A stretch of 64,000 bases of DNA, from NCBI GenBank assembly GCA_013265495.1, contig MU057880.1:2014527-2078526 (forward strand). Reading direction: 5' to 3'. Numbering within the stretch: position 1 is the first letter of the stretch; each line of letters starts with the position of its first letter. Under the pieces are notes generated by a model. It did no database searches, was not told where the DNA came from, and saw nothing but the letters and a program-made list of their open reading frames with translations. The position numbers were made by a program, and so were the translations under genes. Positions 24,075 to 38,560 of the stretch are shown piece by piece. This DNA is from Vicugna vicugna (lineage: Eukaryota).

Positions 24075-25645
24075 AGCTCCCATTCCCACCCAGCTATTTC
24101 TCCATCCTCCTTTCCTCTTCACAGTTAATGATCTCCAAGGAGTTGCATTCTGACTCTAGCTCTTCCTCACCTGTTCTCTCTGGAAGTCACTCCCACCAGG
24201 CTTTCCTCTGCTCCTTACTCCGTGGACCTGTCCTTGTCCTGGACACCAGTGCCTGTCCAGGCTGTTGGGTCCAGTGGGAGTTTTCAGCCCTAACTTTGAC
24301 CTACAGGCAGTTGGCTGATCATTCTCCTCGCCTGCAAACACTTCCTCCACTTGGTAGAATCCCAGAAAACCACATCACCCTGGTCGTTCTGTTCCTCAGT
24401 TCCCCAACTTCAGCCCTGAGACTCCTCTGTCTCCACTCCAGGATTACTGCATTAAATATCATCTATTCCTGACAAAGCTGAGTTCTGACCTCCAATCCCG
24501 ACTTCTCCGGGACACCCCAGACTTGTACATGCAACTGTCATCCAACATCCTCAGACACTGCAAACTCAGTGTGCCTGGAACCGAGCTCCTGGTCTTCCAC
24601 CTTCTCAAAGCTACCTGACCTGCAGCTCTTCTCACCTCAGGCACTGGGAATTCCATCTTGCCAGTCTCTCTTAGCCCAAAACACCTTGAAGTCATCTTTG
24701 ATTCTACTTCTTAAATCCCACACACAACACATCTTCACCTCTCTTCATCTCTACTGTATCCATCATCTAAGATTGATGAGCACATCCACCACCACCCCGG
24801 CCCAGACCACATTGATGTCGGATCTCTTAACCGTTTCCCCAGCTTCCACCTGTGCCCCATTCAGTCTGTTCTAAACAAAACAGTAAAGATAACCAGTTAA
24901 AATTTAAACCAGTTATTCAATATCTTGTAGTCACCTATAATGAAAAAGAACATGAAAAGGAATGTATGTATGTCTATGTAGGACTGAAACATGATGCTGT
25001 GCACCAGAAATTGACACAACATTGCAAATCCACTATACTTCAATTGAAAAAATACGATGCAAAGGCAAAAAAAAAATTTAAGTCAGTTAATGCTCAGAAG
25101 CCCTCAGGGGCTTCACGTTTCACTCGGAATAAAAGCCAAAGCCACCAGAGTTCCTTGGGGAACGCCGCTCGGCCCACTCCTCACCTTGTTGCTTTTCTGA
25201 CCTTGTCTCTGAATCTCCCTTTCTCTTACTCTGTTCCAGCCACACTGCACTGCCTGGTGCTCCCCAAAGACCCCAGGCAGCTTCTGCCTCGAGAACGCTG
25301 CCCTGATGGTCGTGGCCCAGGACCCCCCTTTTCCCGAGACCCACAGTGATGCATTTTTTCACCTCCTCCACATCTCCATCCAGGATCACTTCCTCCTGGC
25401 AACTCCTGGCCAGCAGGCTGCTGCCCTCAACTTTCATCCCTGTATCACCATCTTATATATTACATGTTGTACTTCTTTGGTGTCTGTTTCTTCCCAAGAA
25501 AGGATAAACTCGTTGAGGCTGAGTTATTGTCTTTTTTAAATCTATTTTGTTAACTATTCATGAGCTATTTACTCTTTAAGGTAGCCCCATCTTTTTGCAT
25601 GGTACCTAGCGCACAGTCAGCACACAATAAATATTTCTTGAATGG
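24075..25645 (+). mobile_element. L2 LINE 3' portion (interrupted by an L1 tail)
   Basis: Pyrimidine-rich L2 body ending in the typical L2 terminus gcatggtacctagcgcacagtcagcacacaataaatatttcttgaatgg. Confidence 0.75.
24916..25072 (+). mobile_element. L1 tail nested in L2
   Basis: ttcaatatcttgtagtcacctataatgaaaaagaa...ctatacttcaattgaaaaa. Degenerate TSD aaaatttaaac/gtcagtta at 24899-24915 and 25073-25089. Confidence 0.8.
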
Positions 25646-25659
25646 ATCAAAATGGGTAG

Positions 25660-25905
25660 AGGTGCTCTGCACACTGTGAAGTCATTTGTAAGTGAGGCAG
25701 AGCATTAGCTCCTGACTGTGCCGCGTGGGCTGTGCACCCATTTTTTCAGTCCTCCAGAAAGCCCCCAGGGACTTTCCCACCCCTGTCGGCATGTCCTCAG
25801 AGTATGTTCACAGGGACAGGATCTGTCGCCCAGGTGGGCACAGCCAGCAGGCACAGAGCTGGAATTCAAACCCAGGTTGACTCCAGAGACTGACTTTTGA
25901 CCATT
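25660..25905 (-). mobile_element. MIR SINE (degenerate)
   Basis: gcccaggtgggcacagccagcaggcacagagctggaattcaaacccaggttgactccagag resembles MIR. Confidence 0.5.
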
Positions 25906-27202
25906 AAGCAATTCTCTCCATTGGCAAGTCTGCGCGGTGCTGAGTGGCAGCTCAGGGACTTCACATCCCAAGTCCTGCAACAGAAGAGGATTTACAGACA
26001 CTGTCCTTCAAGAAGATGCCAGGGGCTGGGATGTCTCCAAAGCACCCTTAGAGGCCTCTAACTTCAATTTATGTCACTACCAGGGAGTAAGATACTCCTA
26101 ATAAACACAATTTAACAATTTGAGGGAAATGCATGATATTTTTGACAAGCTTAAGTGAGAACTTAAATCTACTTTTGAGAGTGTTTCATTCTCAGTATAA
26201 TTACTACATAGTTAATTCTCATTCCCTGAGGGATTAATTTATCAACTGTAATTATCTTCATCACAGATACCTAACCCTTAGGATGAAATTACCCCCATTT
26301 ATTGCTTATTAAGATATAGATTTGATCTTTGTGGGTTTTTATTAATAAACCACCAACATTCTTATTCAGATAAAACTGTCACTGTCACTGTCACTGGATT
26401 TTTCCTTGCTTCCTACTCTTTAAAATCTGTATTTCATTTAATTCCTCCAGTAAGTCAGGAGGGAGATTTGCACAAGGCCTTTTTGATAATAGAAAAATAA
26501 ATAAAAAATAAAATTCTGCAACTAACCAGACACCGAGAGGTCAGACATTTCACAGTCTGACCCATGTAAGTTCCAGGTGATATTCAGAGAACAGACACAC
26601 ACACACACAAATGAATGACAAGTTTTCAGACACTCCAAGCAATCAAAGTTTGTTGTTACAATGTCCTTATTTTGAAGTTTACTCACTTTACCCATAAGAA
26701 AGGCTCCTGATTCTTTCCCTAACCAAAGACTATTTAACCTCTATCCGCACACAATTGTTAAGTCTGGCTAATGGTGTTTTTATGTCACAGAATCTTAAAA
26801 ATAACAAACTGGAGAGCACAGATAACCAGCCCCTACTCCCTCCAGCCTCTCCTCTCAGTAGAGCACACAATAACTGATGTTGAGGAAAATGGTGCCAAGT
26901 CATTTTTCAAAAGATAAACTGTGCTACATATTCCCTGGTGACGAGTATGAGAGCATATATAATACTATTTAGAAAGATTTCTATCTGAACAGCCATTTGT
27001 CCTCAAGCATGGCACTGCTGGGGATTTCAGACTTCAGTTATCTGCAAAAATCAGTTATCACTAATTATTTCCTGAGAATCAAAGTAGGATGGAAGAGCTG
27101 CTCAAAACCCCCCAGGGACAAAGAAAAAAACTTAAATTTCATTACAGAATGCACAAACATGGAGAGGGTCTAGTTCAATGGCGAGTGCTGAAGGAAGTCT
27201 GC

Positions 27203-27325
27203 AAAAGAGAGAGAGAGAGAGAGGGAGGGAGGGAGGGAGGAAGGAAGAAAGGGAGGAAGGAAGAAAGGAAGAAAGGGAGGAAGGAAGGAAGGAAGGAAGG
27301 AAGGAAGGAAGGAAGGAAGCAAGGA

Positions 27326-27393
<68 letters not shown>

Positions 27394-27455
27394 AACAGAG
27401 AGAGAGAGGGAGGGAGGAAGGAAGGAAGGAAGGAAGAAAGAAAGAAAGAAAAGGG
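27203..27455 (+). repeat. Compound polypurine microsatellite (GA)n(GGGA)n(GGAA)n(GAAA)n
   Basis: 253 nt of purines broken by only two C (27320, 27396). Confidence 0.98.
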
Positions 27456-27518
27456 TTGCCATCAATTCCAAACTCACTGTCTGGAAATGACTGAGTCTGT
27501 GCCAAAGCTGCGCGGTCA

Positions 27519-27881
<363 letters not shown>

Positions 27882-30800
27882 TCATCATGACACTGAGAAA
27901 CGGCTGTCACCTGCTGCTCTGAGATGTCCTGTCATGGGTCTTAGGTCTTAGTGCAGAGAATCTGCAGTGGACTTAAACTTCATACCCACAGCGACTCTCA
28001 AATGACCTACAGGAGTGGTGTCCCAGGTCCCAACGGTCTGGGAGCAGTAAAGTCAAGCAGAGCATGTCTTAAAGGGAACACGCCTGGACTAGCGGTTTTC
28101 AGTACAATTTCCAGCCACGTGGACCACTTCTTATCTGGAATGGTTGGCCACCTACAGTAACTCAACTGCATCTTTATGCCTGAATTAAGACAGTATTGGA
28201 GGTAAACATGAACAAAGATAAGAAGTGAGTGTTCCCTGTCTCTTCAGATAAAAGTTTACCAAGAGCAAACCATCTGACAAGCCCCCACTCCAGGACCCCG
28301 AATGTCCTCTCATTCAGGGAAAGGGCTTCACCTCCAAAAACAGAGACTTACAGCAGACCCTGGTTTACAGCGTAATTCTAGAGCTGCCTGACATCAGCTA
28401 GTCCCCCAGATTAATCACAGATTACACGCAGCCTCATCAGAGCCTTTGCTGGCTGCAGAAAGAAAATAAAGGACACAAATATTCTCCCAACCCTGGAATA
28501 GAAGAGACGTTTCAAGGTGTTTGAGCCGATTTTTTAAATGTTTGATTTTGATAAGAATGCCATTTACCATTCAACAAGAGAAAGGTTATGCATGCATACC
28601 AGAAAGTTAAAATATCTCCAGTTGTGTTCAGCGTAAACTATACATAACTATTTTAAAATACTGAAACAAATAAATGAAGGAACAGTGTGTAAACAAAATA
28701 ATCATGGGGGGAAAGGACAATATTACTTTTCACTATATTTTAGTTTAAAAAGTAGTATTTACCTATTTTTCCTAATTGGGAAGAATTTTTTACTTCTGTT
28801 TACTTCTGATGCTAGAATAATCTTCATTATTTATGCATTAATAATATCTAAAGCACACAATGAGGTCTTAATAAATGCTGAAAAAGAAGCTATTTCTACC
28901 TTTTTATCAGATCACTTAGGTATCTATCCTTTTTCCAACGAATTATAATCATCAATACCTCTCAGAGATTAGAAAGATATTACGCCTAAAATGTAACAAA
29001 AATAAAGATTCAATTGAACTGAAGCAAATTCTAATTATGTCAAATGTTTCCATTCTGTGTCAAAACACAAGCAAGGCAGAGCATTTGCCTTTTTTAAATT
29101 TTGATTTCATTATGAGGCAGTTCCCTCCAATCACGCTCAGCTTTTAAAAAGCTATAAAAGGCAAAATGATGAAACACTCCCGGTCCCCTTTCAGCGCCCC
29201 TCCTCTCAGCTTAACTTCCTGCCTGGACAAACAAGAACATATGCTTCTAACTAACAACCATGGGCAAAATGTCCAAAATCGAATCTTTCATAAGCCCATT
29301 ACTGCCATGAAGGAGGCTGAAGGTGTTCCTACGAGCGGTGAGTTACCTGGCTTTGTAAGAGCATCACTTACGCAGGTAAATTTTACATTCACTCAGCACA
29401 CGCCGAACAGGGAAGGGCTCACAGGACTAATTGTGTATTTGGGGGCCTAAGTCATCATAAATATGACAACAGTTTGCTATGAAGCCGCTCACTTTAATGC
29501 GGATTTTGACACCCATCGCCCCAGGCTTAAATGACAGCTTAGGTACCAAGAGTCCTTCATCCAAAACACGTTTCCAAGTCCCTTCCCCAAGGCATCCGCA
29601 GGGGGAACTTCCAAGACTTGCATACATTTGGCAGTAAAAATACATGCTTGGATATCACCACGATCTGCTCCGTAAACTATTATGAGAAACATTTCTTGAT
29701 CCTTTTTGATCCCTTCCTGGTACTGTTATATTTATGAGAGGCAGGTGGGCCGCTAATTGATACGAATGTTCATCGGCAAATTCAATTTACTCTCTATTTC
29801 CTGCGGGGGTGGATTTGATCGCTATTCACTCAGGCTTCCAATTTTAAGTATTTCTCCCATACTTGTTTACCCATATAGTTCTCCACATGTATAGTTATTG
29901 TAATTATAAAAAACATAATTCTTAATAAACTTCAAGCCAAAGCATTATTTGATAATTTTGTCCAAATTAAAGAAAATACGGGCCATCATTTTATATGTCA
30001 CTCTCTGTATCTTTTCCACTAGTCTACATTGTGAAGCAGTCCATATATTTTGAATGTTTTATTTTCCTAAATACATTTCTAAGTACTATCCAAACATTAA
30101 AATGTTTTGCTGGTATCTCTTTCATGATTCACATAAATGCGGATAAAGCGTGTTTACTGAAACACAGTGTCAACTACTATTACGTTAGCCGTGAGTTTTT
30201 TGTTGCTGTTATTTTCTGTAGCTAATGAGATACCAGTGACTTATTTATGATAACTCAAAAAATACCATAAGAAATCTATGAAAGATTTCTTGGGCAATTT
30301 CCAAAATATTCTCTACCACAGCACATCTTTTTTTCTTCTTTCTTTTTTTTTTCACAGCACACTTTCTTAATTCCTTCTTTGAACTAAATTACATAATATT
30401 TATATTATATATATTATGTTTACTTTATTTGCTTACTATGTTTGGATCTATAAAAGAGTAGAGATTTGTCCTTTATTCACTACTGAGTCTCCTGATGGAG
30501 ATTTTTAAGCATGGGGCTTAAAAGTGAAGAAATTAACACCTACGCCCCCTACGCCCCAGATTTCCAATGCTATTATGTAATTTTAAATTATATAAAGTGA
30601 GAAATAAAATGACTAGTTTTATTGTCATCTCTAGATGAAGTCTAAAACTTCAGTAAAGGCTATTTCAAATTTCTCAAAACAATTTTGAGACTCTTAATTT
30701 TGAAATGGTAAGTGTATAGACTGATGTGGGAACTGACATTTCCGAGCGTGACAGGCCTGGACACAGAGGACACGTCAGACTCACAGTCCCAGCACAGTGC

Positions 30801-32351
30801 TCATAGTAACAGCACGCCGTGGGCAAGTGTCCGCCTGATGGGTGATCCAGAGAGAGCAAACGTACTGATTCCAGAGGATGCTTGTGAGGATTAAACTGTA
30901 GGATTCCTGCAAAGCACTTAAAACAACGCCTGAGAGAGAGCAGGAACTCAAACACCTCTATTAAATAGATTTCTATCCGCAACCCCTGCAAAAAACTCTC
31001 GGCTTTCAAGTTTGTTTTTTTCATTACTAGGTGAGTTGCAAGAATTATCAAGACTACTTCCATATCTAACAGTCAAGGCGGCAGTGACTTCTTCATTGAG
31101 CACTTTGATGGTCGCAGGTTTAAGAGCTCTCAGTCTGTCCTTTTAAACCGTGGTAGTTCTTTCAGCACTTATACTTGATAGTTTCTCTCTTGTCCTAAAA
31201 TAGTTCAAGTCCTATAAGAGAAGGGACGACTTATATATAAATGTTAAATAATCTGTTCATTTATTTGAAAGTTAGCGACAGCAGATGCCAAGACTAACTT
31301 CATCGCCAAGTTGGCCTGTGCCACGTTTATTACCAGGCAAATGTGCAACTGTTCACTCTACCTTTGGTTCTAATGTTAACAGGAATGTTTTAAATCACAT
31401 TTTGTCCTCAGTGATGTCAAGATGGCAGCGTCTTAGTTCAAACACCTGACCTCTCTAAATTTTCCAGTTATCCCAGACATTTTTATCTTTGCAAAGTCAT
31501 CATAAATGTTGCAATACATTTCACCTTTAAATGCTGTATCTATTCCTGAATATCTTGGTCATGATTTACTTCTAGATACAGAATTAAAACTGAGTGGTGA
31601 TTTACAAGTTAGGCTGATTGTTAGTGTGAATGCAATGATCAAAATTCAGTCCATCACCTCTTGATTTATATTACTAAGGGAGACAGCACTATACGTGATT
31701 ATCTAAGGCCCTCAAGAACCTATGGCTACCAGGGGAGACTCACTAATCATATAATGAAAGTACTGATTAGTGAGGATTGTATTTTCATTTCTGTAAAGCT
31801 TGATGTAATTTAATGAAGCAGGTTACTCTGTGGAACTTCCCTAACCCAGGCCAAGATTATCATACAGGAAATATTTACTAATGTCGAATTATTTCACAGG
31901 CTTATTGCTCCCTGCACAACATAAGATGAATGCATTGAAAAATTAAAAATATGAGTCAATAAATATCAAAAAACTGCCCAAAAGACAGCAGGCAAATATA
32001 TGGCTTACATTGTTTATATCCATAATGTTTGGCCCTAATGTGAATCTTGCCAGAGTAGAATTTCTTGACGATATCTAAGAAGACCACAGCTGGAAAGTTC
32101 ATGTTACAAAAATAAAAAAAAAAAACTGAAAACCTCTTGTTATCCAGAATTGCATAAGAAAAGCAAAACTATCTAGGAATAAAAAAATTAACTTTAGTGA
32201 CTGTAGTTTTATAAAAACTTTAAATATATGAAAGTAAAGATAGCGCATTTATAAAAACTGAACTTATTTTTTAACTAGCATTGTCTCTTTTGTCCTTAGC
32301 AAATGTTAACTTTGAAACAGGACTTGGTCTTGTTCAAAGACTCTTACTTAC

Positions 32352-32492
32352 CAGTGCCTTTATAGTATTTTGTACAGTTACCATATTCAATATCCTCCTT
32401 TTTAATATCAAATTGAGGCAAGGCGATTTTCTCCAACTGAACAGGGTCCCCTGACTGCCAGATAAATCGTAAATCATCAGTTGTGTAACCAA
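32352..32492 (-). CDS. GLRB: Glycine receptor beta subunit, exon 7 (141 nt)
   Basis: [47 protein letters not shown](G). ttctag| acceptor, |gtaagt donor. Symmetric phase 1-1. Confidence 0.98.
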
Positions 32493-34057
32493 CTAGAAAC
32501 AGAAATGCATAAATAAAATATTAGTTTGAAATATAATTATTAACACTTCTTTAATATTTCAATAATCCAAATGTTAAACCTTGAAATGGCAAAATAATTG
32601 GCTCTTTTATATGAAACTTTTCTTAAAAAGTCAAGAGGTAAAAAAATCTATGGTCACAAATGAAAATATTAGCACAAAAGTTACAGATAATTGGCTTAAA
32701 GAAAGGACAAGCTAAAATAATTGGGTTAGCGCACACGGTTAAAATCTGAGCGTGTCATAAACGGTAGCACATTTTTCAATGTCAGATTTCTGAATCGTCA
32801 TCAATAAACAAGTAATAAATAAACGATCCTAGCTTTCTGAATGGATACATTTACAATCATGCAACACACTACGCAGAGATTTTTAAAGAAACTTAAGCAC
32901 CAGAACACTTAGTTTTTTGAAGGATTAACTACCAACTTCCCTAAAGAGTTGCACTGCCAGAGGAAAGCCATAAAACAAACCCCTCCAAGGGACAGGATTC
33001 CATCCCGGCAGCCTCCCGGGGCCACACTGGGGGCGGAGGGACCCGGCTACTCCTCAAGGATCCTGTGGGATTCACGGCACATTGCAACCTACCCTTCAAC
33101 CCTAACATGCCTGCATTTTTTAAAGCAATATTTCAGTGTATCTAGTAATAGAACTGAATGTAGATACACATTGATTGACACACAGGCGTGTGTCTATAAC
33201 ACGTGTACAAACATGTACAAACATAACACTTAAGTCTGCAAAATCTCATATGTTCCAGTTAGAAAGCAATAAATATTGTTCAAATTCAGGATCCAACTTC
33301 AGTAAATTGAAAAACAACAACAAATAACCACTAAATTACTTGAAAGCATCATTTAGCAGGCACATGCAGGACATTTACAGGGCCATTCTTTGTAGAAAAA
33401 GGTCATGGTATGCAGGTATTCAGGCTTAAGATTCTTTACATTAATTAATTGTTAATTAACTGTTGTTAATTTTTCAAGCCTTTTTGCCTACTTTTAATGT
33501 GATAAGCTTCATAGAAAATTAACTAATATATTTTAGAGAGAATCATCTCAATAAATACCTCTAGTACATCTTTTAGAAACTGAAAAATACATGATCATAG
33601 AAATATAGAAAATCCAAAATCCAATTTTGTAAAACATAATTTTTTTACAGATCCATAGACAATGAATGCTTGGTGGGATTTAGATAATATTTTGCAATGT
33701 TTTCCAAATTTTCCGCTGCTCTGAAAAATGTGCTTTTAACATTAGTAAAGTTATTAGGACATCATTGCCCCCTTTGCCTTGCCTATATGACTAATTCAGA
33801 TGAAGATGGCAACTGGAGTCAGTCAGACGTGCACACCCACAGCCACAACAACTCAGCGGAAATAAAAACCTAGTACCAAAAGGACGTGTCTATCTCAGCA
33901 CAAATAACAGAGCTAAAGAATAACTGTAATTCCCTGAAATAAATTAGTGCCTATTTGTAATCAGAAGCATTCATTTTACCATTGTTATCTAAGGTATGAG
34001 TAGCATGTATGGCCTAGAAATTTTAAGCACTTTTATTTCTACAGTCATTTACGGTCA

Positions 34058-34183
<126 letters not shown>

Positions 34184-34256
34184 CTAATGCATTCCTCTGT
34201 GACACGCAAATTTTAAAAGGCAAAGATAAATCTACATGTATTAAAGATAAAAGTAC

Positions 34257-34486
34257 CTCATGCTGACAAGGACATCTCCATCCCGAAAAATAAAGAGGAG
34301 GATGTTTTCCTGGGTTACATCATGAAAATTGGCACTTTTTTCATTTGCAAAAAATAAATCGGGTTTCCACAGACACTTGTACATTGTGGGATCCACCGTC
34401 AGTGCATCTGAGCCCCGAAAATCACTAGGGAGCTTCAGCCTGGGGTCGTTCCATTTCTGTCTCAGGAAGATGTTAACTCTGTAATC
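34257..34486 (-). CDS. GLRB: Glycine receptor beta subunit, exon 5 (230 nt)
   Basis: [76 protein letters not shown](R), with the WKPD motif of Cys-loop receptors. ccag| acceptor, |gtactt donor. Confidence 0.98.
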
Positions 34487-35960
34487 CTGGGGGGAAAGAA
34501 ATTAGGTGCGCATGCGTGTGTTGATTGTTACTTTTAAGACTGTGCTCAGGACCAATGAAAATGGCTCAGTGATCAGCAGCACAAATAGGGCTGCTCTTCC
34601 AACATCAACCAGGATTACAACAGCGTGGTAACTAGCGCTAAAAAGACCCCTGTGTCTGTCTAATTACCCTCTCAGACATTCCCCAAGCACTTGCCAGTTC
34701 AAACGTCAGAATATAATTTTATTGATAATTGCTCTTCTGTAATACAAATACCAGTCATACCAGCGGACTAGCTGGTGCTGCCCTAAAAAGCACACACACT
34801 ACTAAATATTACCATTATTCTCCAAAATGTGGAATGAAGTTTAGTTAAAAATAGTTAAGAAGCTGAAAGAAAATATTTCACTTTTCTTTTACTAAGTAGC
34901 AGAATACAAAATAATTTATATGTATATAAAACTATATATATATATAACACATGTATTATACATACACTTAAGAAAAAGTAAAACTACCCTTGACCACTCA
35001 GATATGTCAGTGATCATAGAGAGATTGTCAAACAAGATTGAGATTATGCAAATCAGATGAGACTACATGCAAAATTTGTATCTGTTAAGTTAGATTCAAC
35101 ATAGTAGGAAAACGTTTTGAAATCCACTAAGTCGCTGATTTTTTTTTTTTGGCCTATCTCCAAAGTCCTAATTTTAAAACTTTGTAAAAGTTGAGTTCTA
35201 TGAAGACATATAGATTTTAAGAATATGTGAGCCTAGGAACATGTTTAACCTTACTACAGCTTGGCCTTCCCACTGAAACGCGGTTCCGGGGCACACTGGG
35301 TTATTGGCATGTGTAGTCCAACTCCGCATTGTGGTCTTACATTCGGGTGTTTTGATTTTAATTCTGTATACTGAACTCAGAATACGCACCAGAGTGTTCA
35401 AGGCATAAATTACCTTGGGTTTCAGCAACCTTATTTTCAACCATTTCAAACTCACATAATACTATTTATCCATACCCTGTTGACATGATCAAAATGAATC
35501 AGACCATAGATATCAAGTCAAAATCCAAACAATTAAATACGAAGAGGTGATAGATTATCTTTTATTAAATAATAAGACCTAATCTATTTATAGGAAACAA
35601 ACGCATAAACTTTGCATAGGCATCAAATATAAAATGAAGCATTAGCAATAGGCAGTGACCCTCAAAAAAATCTGAGAAATTTACTCCTTCAGATTCTATC
35701 CAGTAACCAGAGAAGGGTGAAGCACAGAATCATTAACAAACATTTACTGAACTACAGACAGGGAAAAAAGACTTAATCCACCCACATCCTACAGCTAAAC
35801 TTGATGTTTATAAAAACATCGACACCTAATATAAACTGATTATTAAAACTCACATGCAGGTGGTTTTGAAGTGCCAAAGTCAAACCAATTAAGGATGCTC
35901 TAAGCTGACACTGAACACATCTGTACCACTGGCAGACGAGAACGAAGGTAACATTTTCCA

Positions 35961-36097
35961 GGGTGGGGAGGTCATAGCTCAAGGGTAGAGCACACACTTA
36001 GCAGGCACGAGGTCCCGAGTTCAATCCCCAGTACCTCCATTAAAAATAAATAAATAAACCTAATTACCTACCCCTCCCCCAATAGTTATTTAAAAAA
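35961..36097 (+). mobile_element. tRNA-Ala-derived SINE (vic-1-like)
   Basis: ggggaggtcatagctcaagggtagagcacacacttagcaggcacgaggtcccgagttcaatccccagtacctcc plus (taaa)n cctaattacc tail. Confidence 0.88.
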
Positions 36098-37434
36098 TTT
36101 CATAATGGGACTTAAGTGATCATGTCACCTCTGACTGTGACTGCGGCAACTACAGAAATCAGCTCAGAACGTGTCCAGGCAAAGGCCTGTCTACCTCACA
36201 GGGTCAGCCTTCCAGCAGACACAGCGCTGCTTCCTGACCAAAGTGTTTTTCATTCCACAAAAACATGCATCGCCTTCCACTTAAGAAGAAATACACAGTA
36301 GGACCATTTTCTAATAAAATTCCAATTATGCTAGCTTAGCTAAAGCACGCAGTTGATATCCACTTGGCATTGCATTCAACCGTATTCAATTTCAAATTAT
36401 TATTTGCTAAAAAGCCTCCTTGTACGCACCAGCCAAAATGACTGGTATTCTAAAACGATATACATTAAAGGCAATTTTATTACCTCCTGTAACTACTGTA
36501 TCTTATCAAGGTAAGTCATCAAAGGCTAAAACTTAAAACCACAGTGTTTACCATATGCATTCACAGTTATTATGACAAAATCCTACGTCCTTAACTTGTA
36601 ATTAAAGTCAGTATAAAAAACAACCATGAGGTGGCCAATGTATCTTTTATAAGCTTGTTATTAAAGCCATGGTCTCTAACTTTGGTCAGGGACCACTGCA
36701 TGCAGATACTAAAAAGGATTTTTTCCCTCTTTATGCCATTTTATTTGTTTATCTATATACTACTGATGACAGTGCTCTCCTGATGCCCGTCTGTGCTTCC
36801 TGTTGCTGGGGAGGACCCCTTCACATCTGTCATCACGCTTCTTCTGTCTGGCAGCCCGAGAGCTGAAAGCGACGTCCTGCAGCCAGTGGGCTCAGTGCAC
36901 TCTCACCTCCTGCTATGACTCTCAAGGCTACGGCTCGGCTCGGGTGTGCCTGCTAGTTAATTACTACACTGTAACCTGTCATTATCATCTACCACAAATC
37001 CCCTCCAGACACAGGGATGGGTCACAAAGAAACAAAATAACAGAGGAGACATTGCCGTATACTTGACAAGAGTCTTTCAGCAGTATCTGGGTGTACACTC
37101 AAGCAACTCTGCCAGTGTGGCTTCTAAAATCAGGATGCTCTGTTTTAGCCTAACATTAGGTTTTCTTCCCTTAATAGAATGCTAGATTTATGTATAGAAA
37201 TATAATATTAAAGTCTCATTGGTATTCTTTATCTAGACCCCAAATGACTACATTTTGCTTCTTAGCAATCAACTTCTAAAGACATTATACCAATATTTTA
37301 CAATACTAGTCAAGATAGCTAACAGGAATTAAAGCAATGTTAATCTTTAACTGCAGCATATTTTGCATAATTAAAAAAAGAAGCCATCTTGTAATGCTTG
37401 GGGTGGAACTTCAGAAATTAAGCCAGCATTATAT

Positions 37435-37491
37435 TGAATTCCCTTAAAATCCCCACACATACTGAATTCCCCTTAAAATCTCCACAGATGC
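37435..37491. repeat. ~28-bp tandem duplication
   Basis: tgaattcccttaaaatccccacacatac / tgaattccccttaaaatctccacagatgc. Confidence 0.7.
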
Positions 37492-37916
37492 CTACATTCT
37501 TTTGGGAGCAGGATTCTATGCCCCACCTATTTCCAAAATGGTATGGTTAATGCATCTTAAATTATACAGCAACATTACTTTTCTTTTAAAGTTTTTAAAG
37601 CAATTTTAATAGTGTTTTACCAGGTGAAGTTCATTTTTCTAAATCCTTCTTGACTTGGAAATCCTATTTTTCAAAATCCTTTCTGATTTCTAAAGGCTTC
37701 TAATCAATGTTTCCACACAATCCAAGAATATATTCATGTCATTTATCAGTTATTAAGTTCAAAGTTCATTTTAATCAGCCGAAAGCTGATTAAAGCCCTA
37801 CACAGCATCAGAGACTTTGACAAAATAAAACCCGTCTGGGGGGAAAAAACTACAAAATTACAAATGATATAAGAACATTTTAATTTATAGTCAAACCCCT
37901 TTTTATTCTATGTATC

Positions 37917-38319
37917 TGAAACAGGCTGGCACCTGGGACCCTTTGCTACAGACAAACATATGCTTGAGCAACAGAAAACAAAGAAACTCTAAGGGGCTAA
38001 AAATAACTGCACACATGCATAGTTGCAGCAAATTATGAATAAGATACAAAAAGGCCACAAACCAATGAGCACTTCTGAGGTTCAGGGAGCAATGGAAGGG
38101 TAATGGGCATGATCCCTGCACTCAGACCACAACGGGGGTGGGCAGGCTACCCAAGCCACCCCTCCAGCTCCATCCCTGGACCCACCCGCACCCTCACCGC
38201 ATTTAAGGGACCAGCTTGCACTCCCCACAGGGGTCCCAGTAAAGCCTGGCCTGAATTCCTTGTCTGGCCTCTTACCTATTTCTATTGATTAAAGAGCCCA
38301 AGGACCTGAGTTAGTAACA
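37917..38319 (+). mobile_element. ERV1-type solo LTR
   Basis: TG...CA termini, AGTAAA-type poly(A) signal, and U5 end ttccttgtctggcctcttacctatttctattgattaaagagcccaaggacctgagttagtaaca resembling MER41-like LTRs. Confidence 0.65.
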
Positions 38320-38369
38320 CACCACCATATACAACTTTTAAAAATTTATGTTAATTAAAGTATAAAGCC

Positions 38370-38560
38370 TAGTATAATGGAGTCAGCACACACTTGGGCA
38401 TAGAAAGGTCCTGGTTCAAACCTCAGCTCTGCATCTTAGAAGACCCTGAGCAAGTTTCTTAACCTCCCTAAACTCGGTTTCTAAATTAAAAAAAAAAAAG
38501 GGAATACTAATATCTTAATGTGATAAATAAGTTACTCAGTGTAAACGATTAATATAGTAC
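38370..38560 (+). mobile_element. MIR SINE
   Basis: ctggttcaaacctcagctctgc...gaccctgagcaagtttcttaacctccctaaactcggtttc. Confidence 0.6.

Noticed and set aside
37770..37794. 10-bp stem hairpin tttaatcagc-cgaaa-gctgattaaa
   Set aside because: About one such inverted repeat is expected by chance in 64 kb of AT-rich DNA. Too short for a pre-miRNA.
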